Assembly (NCBI GenBank): GCA_963845185.1
Contig: CAWJRG010000009.1
Location: forward strand, 224,001-288,000
Origin: an uncultured bacterium
GTDB lineage: Bacteria > Oederibacteriota > PGYV01 > CAWJRG01
Reading direction: 5' to 3'
DNA: 64,000 nt
The notes under the pieces were generated by a model that searched no databases, had not been told where the DNA came from, and was given only the letters and a program-made list of their open reading frames with translations. Position 1 is the stretch's first letter, and the number at the start of each line of letters is the position of its first letter. Positions 1 through 9,336 of the stretch are shown here, piece after piece. Position numbers and translations under genes: made by a program.

Positions 1-2
1 AA

Positions 3-197
3 ATGCCGAAAATGAAGACAAATTCGTCAGCGAAAAAAAGATATAGAAAAACCGCAACCGGAAAAATAAAATATAAAAGGCCTGGCCTGCGGCACTTGCT
101 GCACCAGGAATCAAGCGGTTTAAAAAGGCCGAAGAGAAGAGCGGCCTATGTAGATGACGCGCATAAAAAGGCAATAGCCAAAATGATGCCTTACTGA
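3..197 (+). CDS. rpmI: 50S ribosomal protein L35
   Basis: 64 aa basic protein starting MPKMKTNSSAKKRY; directly upstream of rplT. Confidence 0.97.
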   Translation: MPKMKTNSSAKKRYRKTATGKIKYKRPGLRHLLHQESSGLKRPKRRAAYVDDAHKKAIAKMMPY

Positions 198-271
198 TAT
201 AAAAATACTTTCTTATAAGCAAGAATCAAACTAACACATAAATTTTGTGGCAGAAAAACCGGAGGAAAGCC

Positions 272-640
272 ATGTCAAGAATAAAAGGCGGAGTAACTAG
301 AAAAAGAAGGCATAAAAAGTTTTTAAAACTTGCAGAAGGGTATTACGGCAGGAAGAAAAACATCTACAAGCGCGCGTCTGAGCAGGTAATGCGCGGCTGG
401 AAATTCGCTTATGTAGGAAGAAAGCTGAAAAAAAGGGATTTCAGGCGGCTCTGGATAGTGAGAATAAACGCGGCTTGCAGGGAAAGAAGCATTTCTTATT
501 CAAGGTTTATGAGCGGGCTCAGGAAAGCCAATATAGACCTTAACAGGAAACAACTTGCTGAGCTTGCAATTAACGACGCAGCCGCTTTTACGAAATTAAC
601 CGATATCGCAAAAGGAAATACCCTGGCAGCTGCCAACTGA
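272..640 (+). CDS. rplT: 50S ribosomal protein L20
   Basis: MSRIKGG...KKRDFRRLWIVRINAA motif; ATG at 272 preceded by GGAGG RBS (ORF track starts at 245). Confidence 0.97.
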   Translation: MSRIKGGVTRKRRHKKFLKLAEGYYGRKKNIYKRASEQVMRGWKFAYVGRKLKKRDFRRLWIVRINAACRERSISYSRFMSGLRKANIDLNRKQLAELAINDAAAFTKLTDIAKGNTLAAAN

Positions 641-661
641 TTTCTGGTTTTAACAGAAATC

Positions 662-725
662 CGAGAAGTCGATAGTCGAAAGTTGGTAAATTGTTTAATG
701 TAAAATCGACTTCGGTCGATTCTCG
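662..725. repeat. Short degenerate repeat array (AGTCGAW) followed by its reverse complement; imperfect hairpin after rplT
   Basis: cgagaagtcgatagtcga ... tcgacttcggtcgattctcg. Confidence 0.45.
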
Positions 726-797
726 ATTTTCTATTATCGGAAAAGCGGGGCTCGCAATAACAAATTGACAGAATTTATAAAGGCGCGAGGTGGAAAA

Positions 798-3119
798 GTG
801 AAAAAAAAGAAAACCAAAAACAGGGAAAAATTCCCTTTTAAATTAAACATTCCTAAATTTAATTTATCCGATTATAATATGGTTTTTGGGCCGTTTACTG
901 CAATGGCTGGCGCACTTTTGTGCGGTTACATTGGCCAGTATTTTATATATACAAGAAAGCTTATAATGCCGGGGCTGGCGTTTTTTGCCGTGGCAATAGC
1001 GCTATTTGTTTTTGCCGACATGATAAGCGGAAAAAAAGAGTCAATAGACAAGCTTGACACTAAATGGGAAATAATTTTTCTTGCGGCAATCATAATCATA
1101 GGGATCTTTTTCAGGGTTTACATGCTCGACAAACTGCCAACGGGATGCTTCAGGGACGAGGGACAGAACGGCAATGAGGCGATAAATATCATCAATGGCA
1201 CCGTGCTTGACGGCACAAACATGCCGGTTTACATAGAAAGGTCCACGCAGAATGTGGCCATGTATATGTATTTTGTCGCGCTTTCTTTCAAGCTTTTCGG
1301 GGTCGGCGTACAGCAGGTGAGGAACGTATCCATAATATTCGGCCTGATTTCCATACCCGCTTTTTATTTTCTTATACGCTATCTATTCGGGGCGAGGATG
1401 GCCGTGATAGGCGCTTTTTTAATCGCCATTTTCAGATGGCACGTCAATTTCAGCAGGATAGGGTTTCTAGGAATATTCACGGCAATGCAGGTCCCGTTAA
1501 TAATTTATTTTCTTATGCGGGCATATAAGCAAAGGAAAATGTCTGATTTTATACTGGCTGGATTCACCATGTCTCTTGCCCTGTACAGTTATATCGCGGC
1601 AAGGATGATACCGTTGGCCGTGCTTTTATTCGGCGTGCTGCTTTTATTCAACGACATTAATTTTTACAAAAAGGACATAAAAAAACTGGCGTTTTTTTTA
1701 CTGATAGCCTTTGTGACCGCATTACCGCTTTTGAGTTATGTGTCCAAAAATCCCGAGAATTTCATGTCACGCTCTTCCACGGTTTTTCTTTTTAATTTTG
1801 ATGAGGCAAAAAAAGCAAATGAAAGCATAAGCCGGATTATAAGCTCGCCCGAAAAAAAAGATATGGGGGAAATAAAAAATGACCTGGGTGTGCTTGCCAG
1901 GGTCCTAGGCGAAAATATAAAGAAGACAATGCTTATGTTTAACTATATGGGAGACAGCAACCCGAGGCATAACCTGCCGAATGAGCCCGTGCTCGATTTT
2001 ACCCTCGGCATTCTGGCTTTTTTGGGATTTGGCTATATGCTTTGCACTCTGTTTAAACCCAGGTCTTTTATTATGATAGCAATGTTTTTTGCATTTTTAC
2101 AATCCGGATTTTTTTCCATCGAAGCGCCTCAGGCGTACAGGACCATACCCAATATAGCGATAGTCCTGATTTTTGCAATTATTACGATTTATAAGGCATA
2201 TATTTATTTCAGGGAGCAGTTTGGGGTCACTTACCAGCCGGTTTTTTTCGGGATTCTTGTGCTTGCGCTTTTGAATTCGGGCCGTGACAATTATAACCTG
2301 TATTTTGACAAGCAGGCAAATGAGCCTGGATGTTGGTCGGAATTTTCAATCGAGGAATGGAGCATGGGAAAATATCTGCACGACAAGGGCGAAAACTGGA
2401 TAGGCATAGTCTTACCGGCATGGGTGAACAGTTATACCTTTAATTTCATGACTTATCCGTATAAGAATTTTACACCGTTTGAGATTTCCGACTGGGTGCC
2501 AATCAAGACTTTTGAAAAAAACAAAAATTATGTTTATATCCTTGACAGGACATATGTCCCCATAGTCCCGACCCTCCGGAAGATGTACTCGCACGGGAAA
2601 TATGCCGAATTTGTCCACAAATATAACAAGATGATAATGTATTTTACATTCGAGGTGCCTTACGAAGATATAGTAAATTACGGGAATCAAAAAGTTAAAA
2701 ACGGATTAAAAGGGTATTATTATGTAGGCAATACATGGAGCGGGGACCTGAAGATTCAGAGAATAGACCCTTTTGTACTTTTTAACTGGACAGTGGACCC
2801 CGTGTCAGGGCCGTTTTCGGTAAAATGGCTGGGCAGGATAAAAGCAGACAAGACCGGTGAATATTCTTTTTCGACTGACTCAAACGATTTTTCGGACGTA
2901 GCGATAGACGGGAAGACCGTGTATACAAACCCCGGCACAGCGAAGCAGCAGACAAAAAACCCGGGCACGGGTAAAATATATTTAAAAGCCGGCTATCATA
3001 ATATCCTGGTAAGGTATTACGAGAGCATAAACTATTCAAGGATGGAACTGTGGTGGGTCAGGCCTGAAACAGGAATCAGGGAGGTGGTGCCGAGCGATGC
3101 CCTATTCCCGGCGGAATAA
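798..3119 (+). CDS. GT-C fold (GT39/ArnT-like) membrane glycosyltransferase with C-terminal PA14 domain
   Basis: Many TM segments; FRDE acidic motif after early TM helices; C-terminal GLKGYYY...PFSVKWLGRI...GEYSF...MELWW PA14 pattern; GTG at 798 follows GAGG (track start 765). Confidence 0.85.
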   Translation: MKKKKTKNREKFPFKLNIPKFNLSDYNMVFGPFTAMAGALLCGYIGQYFIYTRKLIMPGLAFFAVAIALFVFADMISGKKESIDKLDTKWEIIFLAAIIIIGIFFRVYMLDKLPTGCFRDEGQNGNEAINIINGTVLDGTNMPVYIERSTQNVAMYMYFVALSFKLFGVGVQQVRNVSIIFGLISIPAFYFLIRYLFGARMAVIGAFLIAIFRWHVNFSRIGFLGIFTAMQVPLIIYFLMRAYKQRKMSDFILAGFTMSLALYSYIAARMIPLAVLLFGVLLLFNDINFYKKDIKKLAFFLLIAFVTALPLLSYVSKNPENFMSRSSTVFLFNFDEAKKANESISRIISSPEKKDMGEIKNDLGVLARVLGENIKKTMLMFNYMGDSNPRHNLPNEPVLDFTLGILAFLGFGYMLCTLFKPRSFIMIAMFFAFLQSGFFSIEAPQAYRTIPNIAIVLIFAIITIYKAYIYFREQFGVTYQPVFFGILVLALLNSGRDNYNLYFDKQANEPGCWSEFSIEEWSMGKYLHDKGENWIGIVLPAWVNSYTFNFMTYPYKNFTPFEISDWVPIKTFEKNKNYVYILDRTYVPIVPTLRKMYSHGKYAEFVHKYNKMIMYFTFEVPYEDIVNYGNQKVKNGLKGYYYVGNTWSGDLKIQRIDPFVLFNWTVDPVSGPFSVKWLGRIKADKTGEYSFSTDSNDFSDVAIDGKTVYTNPGTAKQQTKNPGTGKIYLKAGYHNILVRYYESINYSRMELWWVRPETGIREVVPSDALFPAE

Positions 3120-3915
3120 AAAGAAAAAAATCATAGTTGTAATGCCGGCTTACAACGCGGCAACGACGCTGGAGAAAACCTACAAAGACATACCCAAGCA
3201 TATCGTTGACAAAATAATCCTTGTTGACGACGTGAGCAGGGACAACACAGTCGCCATAGCGAAAAAGCTGGGTATTAAATACATAGTGCACATAGAGAAC
3301 AGGGGATACGGCGGCAACCAGAAGACATGCTACATAGAAGCGCTGAAAGAAGGCGCGGACGTGATTGTCATGCTGCACCCGGATTACCAGTACGACTCGA
3401 GGCTAATACCTGAAATGATAGCCCCGATTCTGGAAGGCCACGCTGATTTTGTCATGGGCTCGCGTATGCTGGGGCACGGAGCCTTGCGCGGAGGCATGCC
3501 TCTGTACAAATACATTTCAAACAAGCTGCTTACGATTTTTGAAAACGAGTGCCTCGGGAAACACTACTCGGAGTTGCACTCGGGCTTCAGGGCATACAGC
3601 AGGAAACTTTTGACTACAATTCCATTTGTGCTTAATTCCGATGATTTTGTTTTCGACACTGAAGTCATAGCGCAGATTGAGATGTGGAAATTTTCCACGT
3701 CGGAAATCCCGGTACCGACAAGGTATTTCAAGGAGGCGTCTTCCATAAACTTCGGGCGTAGCGTAGTTTATGGGCTGTCGACCGTTAAAGTCATGTTCCA
3801 GTTTTTATTTCATAAATGGGGAATAAAAAAATACGACAAGTTCCAGAAAAAACTGCTTGAGGTAATCAGCCCTTTTTACATTAAAAAGATAGGCAAGGGC
3901 AAAAGCAATGTTTAA
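3097..3915 (+). CDS. Glycosyltransferase family 2 (polyprenol-phosphate sugar synthase-like)
   Basis: VVMPAYN, LVDDVSRD, NRGYGG, HPDYQY, GFRAY and FVFDTE motifs. Confidence 0.9.
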   Translation: MPYSRRNKKKKIIVVMPAYNAATTLEKTYKDIPKHIVDKIILVDDVSRDNTVAIAKKLGIKYIVHIENRGYGGNQKTCYIEALKEGADVIVMLHPDYQYDSRLIPEMIAPILEGHADFVMGSRMLGHGALRGGMPLYKYISNKLLTIFENECLGKHYSELHSGFRAYSRKLLTTIPFVLNSDDFVFDTEVIAQIEMWKFSTSEIPVPTRYFKEASSINFGRSVVYGLSTVKVMFQFLFHKWGIKKYDKFQKKLLEVISPFYIKKIGKGKSNV

Positions 3916-4957
3916 AAAAATCATTGTCTGGCTGGGTTTAATAGTTACGGTAGCATGCCTTTATTTTGTGCTCAGGGGCTTGGATTATTCGCGGCTGTGG
4001 AACATATTAAAACATATTAATATATGGCTTTTATTAATCACGGTTGTGATTTACGTGGGCGGTTATTACATAAGGGCACAAAGATGGCACCATCTTTTGA
4101 AACATATAAAGCCTTTTAAGGCGCTTGAGCTTTTTCCGTACCTTGTGATGGGATTCATGTTTAACAACGTGCTTCCTGCGCGCGCAGGCGAGTTTATCAG
4201 GGCTTATATTACCGGCAGCAAAAAAGGGATTTCCAGGTCGTCTACTTTTGGAACCATTGTTATTGAAAGGGTATTTGACGGGCTTGTCATGATATTTTAT
4301 TTTATAATCGGATACACTGCTTTTTATTTCATAAAACAGCAGGCCGTTATACCACCGATCAATATCAAAGGGCTGACTGTCGGAATAAAAGACGCAGTAC
4401 TTGGTTTTGCCGTGCTTGGGAGCATTGTATTTATAGGCATATTTGTCCTTATGTTCCTGCTGCTTTACAAAAGGGAAGCCACGGTTAATTTTATTAATAA
4501 AATTCTCATTTTTTTACCACAGGGTGTATGCGATAAAATAGGGAAATTTATTGATACTTTTATCAACGGACTTGGAGTGCTTGGAAACCTGGGCGATATG
4601 GCGATTGTTTTCAGTATATCATTATCGGCATGGACCGTAGAGGCATTCACTTACTGGCTTATGGGAACGGCAATGAATATTCATATTAATTTTCTGCTTG
4701 TATGCCTGATTATGGCTGTTGCCAATTTCGCGATAATGGCTCCGTCGACTGCGGGCGGCCTAGGACCGTTCGAGTTTTTCGGAGTAGGTATAATGCTGTT
4801 ATTCGCATATCCAAAGGAAGAGGCTGCGGCGTATGTGTTTATTGTCCATGCTATGATACTTTTGCCAATAATAGCCCTGGGTGCGATTTTCATGTTCACC
4901 GAGGGGCTGAATTTTTCAAAACTGATTAGCGAAAAAGAAAAGGAGGAGAAAGAATGA
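3908..4957 (+). CDS. Flippase-like membrane protein (lysylphosphatidylglycerol synthase TM / UPF0104)
   Basis: [20 protein letters not shown] and [11 protein letters not shown] motifs; polytopic. Confidence 0.85.
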   Translation: MFKKIIVWLGLIVTVACLYFVLRGLDYSRLWNILKHINIWLLLITVVIYVGGYYIRAQRWHHLLKHIKPFKALELFPYLVMGFMFNNVLPARAGEFIRAYITGSKKGISRSSTFGTIVIERVFDGLVMIFYFIIGYTAFYFIKQQAVIPPINIKGLTVGIKDAVLGFAVLGSIVFIGIFVLMFLLLYKREATVNFINKILIFLPQGVCDKIGKFIDTFINGLGVLGNLGDMAIVFSISLSAWTVEAFTYWLMGTAMNIHINFLLVCLIMAVANFAIMAPSTAGGLGPFEFFGVGIMLLFAYPKEEAAAYVFIVHAMILLPIIALGAIFMFTEGLNFSKLISEKEKEEKE

Positions 4958-5532
4958 AAAAAGTTTTGATTGCGGTTTTTGCGGTATTTTTTGTATTTTT
5001 TGCAATTGGAGCAGGATGCGACAACAAGAAACCGGAGGGAAAAATGGAACAGGCAGCGGTTACACCGGGAGCGGGTGAAAAAATTGCGGTCATCGAGACG
5101 AACAAAGGTGTGATTAAATTCAAGTTCTTTGAAGCAGATGCACCGAACACAGTGGCAAATTTCATCAAACTGGCGGACAGCAAGTTTTATGACGGCCTTT
5201 TATTCCACAGGGTTGAACCGGGATTTGTTATACAGGGAGGAGATCCGCTTACAAAAGACCCTGCAATGAAGCCAAGATGGGGTTCCGGCGGGCCTGGATA
5301 CATGGTAAAAGCGGAATTTAACAAGAATCCGCACATTGACGGCACAGTGGCAATGGCAAGAGCGGCAGACCCGGACAGCGCAGGCAGCCAGTTTTATATC
5401 TGCCTTGGGCCACAGCCTATGCTGGATGGGAAATATACGGTATTTGGCCAGGTTACTGAAGGGCTTGACGTTGTGCATAAGATACAGGTTGGAGATCAGA
5501 TGACCAAGGTGTACATAGTAGAAACAAAGTAA
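4954..5532 (+). CDS. Cyclophilin-type peptidyl-prolyl isomerase, probable lipoprotein
   Basis: [42 protein letters not shown]; lipobox-like GAGC. Confidence 0.93.
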   Translation: MKKVLIAVFAVFFVFFAIGAGCDNKKPEGKMEQAAVTPGAGEKIAVIETNKGVIKFKFFEADAPNTVANFIKLADSKFYDGLLFHRVEPGFVIQGGDPLTKDPAMKPRWGSGGPGYMVKAEFNKNPHIDGTVAMARAADPDSAGSQFYICLGPQPMLDGKYTVFGQVTEGLDVVHKIQVGDQMTKVYIVETK

Positions 5533-5557
5533 CAAATATAAGTTTAATATAATGCAG

Positions 5558-5592
5558 ACAAGGCGGCGCATAGCGCCGCCTTGTTTATTTTA
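5558..5592 (+). terminator. Rho-independent terminator
   Basis: 12-bp stem acaaggcggcgc-ata-gcgccgccttgt followed by ttatttt. Confidence 0.85.
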
Positions 5593-5632
5593 GCCTGATT
5601 ATTTAATTCCAATCAAACATATAAATATAAAA

Positions 5633-5661
5633 TTGACTTCATGAAAAATAGGCGCTATAAT
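5633..5661 (+). promoter_or_regulatory. Sigma70-type promoter for the MNT-HEPN module
   Basis: TTGACT-17 nt-TATAAT. Confidence 0.7.
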
Positions 5662-5689
5662 TGGTTCAACAAATAAAGGAGCAAATAAT

Positions 5690-5983
5690 ATGAGTAATAA
5701 AGAGAAGATTTTTAAAATAATAAAGAATAATGAGAATATGATTAAAGGATATGGAATATCGTCCATCGCTATTTTTGGATCGTTTGTCAATGGAAAACCC
5801 GGGAAAAATAGCGATATTGATCTGCTGGTTGAATTCAATGAACCAACATTTAAAAATTACTTCGGCCTCAAAGAGAGCCTTCAAAAAGCCCTCGGCAGAA
5901 AAGTAGACCTCTTATGCAGGGATGCCGTGAAACCGGCCGTAAAAAAGTCGATTTTAAAGGAGGCCGAATGGGTAATAAGGTAA
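5690..5983 (+). CDS. Minimal nucleotidyltransferase (MNT, MntA-like antitoxin)
   Basis: FGSFVNG...SDIDLLVEF and GRKVDL motifs; 97 aa. Confidence 0.9.
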   Translation: MSNKEKIFKIIKNNENMIKGYGISSIAIFGSFVNGKPGKNSDIDLLVEFNEPTFKNYFGLKESLQKALGRKVDLLCRDAVKPAVKKSILKEAEWVIR

Positions 5984-6216
5984 GGCGGCCCGGATTGTAC
6001 ATTGACGACATTGTTGATTCAATTAAAAAGGTCAAAATTTATACCAAGAATATGTCTTATGCCGATTTTGTTAAAAATAAGCTTATTCAGGATGCCGTAG
6101 CCAGGAATTTTGAGATAATAGGCGAAGCAGCAAGGCAGATGCCCAAACCGATAAAAGACAAAAATAGAGATATAGAATGGCAGAAAGTTATAGCGTTTAG
6201 GAATATAATAGGATAG
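5968..6216 (+). pseudogene. HEPN/DUF86 (HepT-like) RNase toxin, C-terminally truncated
   Basis: DAVARNFEIIGEA and W...FRNII, then a stop before the conserved His of RX4H; ATG at 5968 with AAGGAGG RBS. Confidence 0.85.
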
Positions 6217-6694
6217 TGTCGGAAAAGGTGGGGGTGAAAAAGCGGAAAATAAGGGCATTTTCGACAGCGAAAACTTAGCGCTGTACTCGTACGGACACCA
6301 GAACCCCGTAAGATATGTAGACCCGGATGGAAATGAAGATGTACCAGCTTCAACATCTACAATAGAACAAGGTCCAAAGCCTCAGATGATGCCGACTGTT
6401 CCCTCTGATAAGGGTCCTACAAAAACACCGGAGTACATACTTATTAATGATCCTCAAGCAATGCTGGCCAAACAAACAGGAGAAAATGCAATGAAATTGC
6501 CTAATACGCAAGTAGCAAAATCGGGAAGTATTGAAAATAGGCCAGGACCAAATGTTCAGGGGACAGTAACAACAGCTTTCGCCCAAGCAACAGCTGAGGC
6601 TATTAATAAGCAGATAATACGATCAACAAAAGGTGAGACTGGTTTTACGAACGATCAGCCGGAGTACGATATACCAAATGGAGGAAATAAATGA
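6212..6694 (+). pseudogene. Rhs core C-terminal remnant plus about 120 aa C-terminal (putative toxin) domain
   Basis: The frame of ORF 6386..6694 is open from 6212 and encodes GIFDSENLALYSYGHQNPVRYVDPDG (DPDG ends at 6331), the Rhs core PxxxxDPxG signature. Confidence 0.8.
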
Positions 6695-8547
6695 AAAAGA
6701 TATTAATTGTTATTTTATTGATAATACCTTTTTCTTCTCTGGCATTAGATAAAGATTATTATTTTAAAATAGCTGAAGATAAATATAAAAATGCAAATTA
6801 TAGAGGCGCTATTGAAGCATATACTAAAACAATAGAATTGAACCCAAAAAACGACATGGCGTATTATAAACGAGGAATGTCAAGGTTTAAAATTAGTGAT
6901 TATACTGGGGCCATTCAAGATTGTAATATAATTTTGAAATTAGATCCCAATAATAAAGACACATTTTATTTAAAGGCAATGTCTGAAAGAAAACTTCGTA
7001 ATTATAGTGCTGCAATTAATGATTTTAATAAAGCCATAAATTTAGCGCCGGATAATCCGTTATATTATGCAAATCGCGCCCTTACAGAATGGGAAAATGG
7101 GAATATTGATTTAGCCATTAATGATTATAACAAATCCATTAAAATAGAGCCTAAAGCTGCCTATGTTTATTTATCGCTTGGAGATATATACTATGACAAA
7201 AAAGAATACGACAAAGCGATAGAATATTATAATAAAGCGCTTCAAATAAATTCACATGCTGCCAAGGGTTATGAGAAGAGAGGAAATGCTTATGCGTTAA
7301 AAAAAGAGTACGATAAAGCTATTGCGGATTATAATATGGCGTTGATGTTAGAACCCGGTCTTGCTGATGCTTATTTCGAAAGGGGAAATATGTATTCTGG
7401 GAAAAACGATTATAATAAAGCATTAGCTGATTATAATAAAGCACTGGAACAAAAGCCGTATTTTGTTGACGTTTATTTAAACCGTGGAATTGTATACGCT
7501 AATGAAAGAGATTTTAGTAAAGCGCTGGCAAATTTTAACAAAGCGCTGGAATTAAAGCCGGATTATGCGGAAGTTATTTTCCATCGGGGACGAATATATT
7601 GGATTGAAGGCGATCTTGATAAGGCATTGGCTGACTACAATAAAACGCTGAAACTTATGCCGAATTTTTATAATGCTTATTCTTATAGAGGACTTTTATA
7701 CGGCCAAAAGAAAGATTATGATAAGGAACTTGCGGATTACAATAAAGAAATAGAATTAGAGCCAAAGAATGCTGAAGGTTATCTTAACAGGGGACTCACA
7801 TATAACGATATGAAAAAATACGACAAGGCTATAATGGATTTTAATAAAGCTCTGGAATTAGACCCTGATTGCGCTCTTGCGCAAACCGCACGTGGAAATT
7901 ATTTCTTTTCCAAAGGCGACTATGATATGGCGCTTGCGGATTATAAAAAGGCAATAAAAGTAAACCCGGATGATGGAGGCCTTATTGACGTTATCGGGGC
8001 GGTTTATTATTGGCAAGGAAAGCTGGGTGAGGCGCTTGATTGGTATAATAAAATTTTTGGTTTAAAAGAAAAGTATAAATACTTGGGGCAGTATTATTGG
8101 ATGGAATTATTAATCTATAAAGAAAATGGGCGGAAAGAAAAAATGAATAATATTATAGAAAATGGCGAAGCATATCTTACCGCGCAAATAAACAAAAATA
8201 AAGATTCAGCCTCGGATTATAACAACCTGGCTTTATTCTACTGTGAAGCAGGAATAAAAAACGATGAAGCGCTGAAGTTGGCAGAAACAGCAAACAAAAT
8301 AGACCCGAAAAATGATTATATTTTTGGCAGGTGTTACTTATTAAAGGGGAATTTTAAAAAAGCTATTGAATATTTTGAAAAAGAAAAAAAGAGCAATACA
8401 GCAGACATAGATAATTTATATTATCTTGGGATTGCTTATTTGGCGACAGGCAATAAAAACAAAGCGAAAGAAATCTGGCGTGAGGGTTTGAAAATTGATC
8501 CCAATCACAGATTCATAAAAAGTGAAATAGAAAAGGTGGGAAACTAA
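6691..8547 (+). CDS. Exported tetratricopeptide-repeat protein
   Basis: Signal peptide; many 34-aa repeats (AY.NRG..Y....YDKA.ADYNKALEL.P); ATGA overlap with the upstream Rhs C-terminal frame. Confidence 0.9.
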   Translation: MKKILIVILLIIPFSSLALDKDYYFKIAEDKYKNANYRGAIEAYTKTIELNPKNDMAYYKRGMSRFKISDYTGAIQDCNIILKLDPNNKDTFYLKAMSERKLRNYSAAINDFNKAINLAPDNPLYYANRALTEWENGNIDLAINDYNKSIKIEPKAAYVYLSLGDIYYDKKEYDKAIEYYNKALQINSHAAKGYEKRGNAYALKKEYDKAIADYNMALMLEPGLADAYFERGNMYSGKNDYNKALADYNKALEQKPYFVDVYLNRGIVYANERDFSKALANFNKALELKPDYAEVIFHRGRIYWIEGDLDKALADYNKTLKLMPNFYNAYSYRGLLYGQKKDYDKELADYNKEIELEPKNAEGYLNRGLTYNDMKKYDKAIMDFNKALELDPDCALAQTARGNYFFSKGDYDMALADYKKAIKVNPDDGGLIDVIGAVYYWQGKLGEALDWYNKIFGLKEKYKYLGQYYWMELLIYKENGRKEKMNNIIENGEAYLTAQINKNKDSASDYNNLALFYCEAGIKNDEALKLAETANKIDPKNDYIFGRCYLLKGNFKKAIEYFEKEKKSNTADIDNLYYLGIAYLATGNKNKAKEIWREGLKIDPNHRFIKSEIEKVGN

Positions 8548-8603
8548 AATTATGGCTTTTAGAATAAAAGGTATTTTGGCATGAAAAAGATAGTAATAGA
8601 TTT

Positions 8604-8680
8604 AAAAGTTCAACGCTCAAAAGGTCAAGGTTCAAAGTTCAAGAGAACAAAGTTCAAGAGGTCAAAAGTTCAAAGCAAAA
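8604..8680. repeat. Degenerate heptamer array (AAAGTTC/AAGGTCA-like)
   Basis: aaaagttcaacgctcaaaaggtcaaggttcaaagttcaagagaacaaagttcaagaggtcaaaagttcaaag. Confidence 0.6.
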
Positions 8681-8714
8681 CGAATATGAAAAATGAAACA
8701 GGAGATTATGTAAA

Positions 8715-9212
8715 ATGAAAAAATTAATGCTATTAACTATATTAACTTTAACAACCGCTACAGCGGCGGTGAGCTCGGCGGAAGGGGCGGTGAATACGCC
8801 GACAGCGACGCCGACGAATACGCCTGTGCCGGTGCAATACGAGTTGAACTCAGCGGCAGCGATACCGACAATCATTGCCGACGGCAAAACTACCGTATAT
8901 TTCGAGGCAAAAGAATTTGAAATGCAGCCTATTTTATCAAACAAAAGGATTTATCCAAATTTAACATGGCATAACTGCTCAGGGGATTATTTATTTGTTT
9001 ACGTTGAAGGCAAAATTCCGGTAGAAGATACCATGGAATTAATATTCAAGTACAGCAAAGGAATAATTTATTACGGCAGCAAACTGCCAAAAGAGGTATG
9101 GAAAAAGTATGCTAAATGCGGCAAACGGGATTCGGGAAGCGGGAAAAGTAATACGAAAAACGGGATTCGGAATACGAAATTCGAAATTCAAAATACTGGA
9201 AACGGGAAGTGA
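8715..9212 (+). CDS. Hypothetical secreted protein with short TPT linker; C-terminal tail encoded by heptamer repeats
   Basis: Signal peptide, then NTPTATPTNTPVP; tail RDSGSG...NGIRNTKFEIQN overlaps CGGGATT/CGAAATT repeats. Confidence 0.65.
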   Translation: MKKLMLLTILTLTTATAAVSSAEGAVNTPTATPTNTPVPVQYELNSAAAIPTIIADGKTTVYFEAKEFEMQPILSNKRIYPNLTWHNCSGDYLFVYVEGKIPVEDTMELIFKYSKGIIYYGSKLPKEVWKKYAKCGKRDSGSGKSNTKNGIRNTKFEIQNTGNGK

Positions 9213-9250
9213 GGATACGATTTGGAATTTGGCATTTGGGATTCGAAAAT
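9126..9250. repeat. Degenerate heptamer arrays (CGGGATT/CGAAATT and TTTGGRA)
   Basis: cgggatt cgggaag cgggaaa ... cgggatt cggaata cgaaatt cgaaatt caaaata ... tttggaa tttggca tttggga ttcgaaa. Confidence 0.6.
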
Positions 9251-9336
9251 ATTGAATAAAGGAATAAAAAGAGGTTCGCATGCTTACTAGACGTAATTCA
9301 AAGGCAATATTACTCAGAGACAGGGGCTAATCTGTA

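Noticed and set aside
8581..8718. Small ORF MKKIVIDLKVQRSKG...
   Set aside because: Mostly translated heptamer repeat with no other coding support
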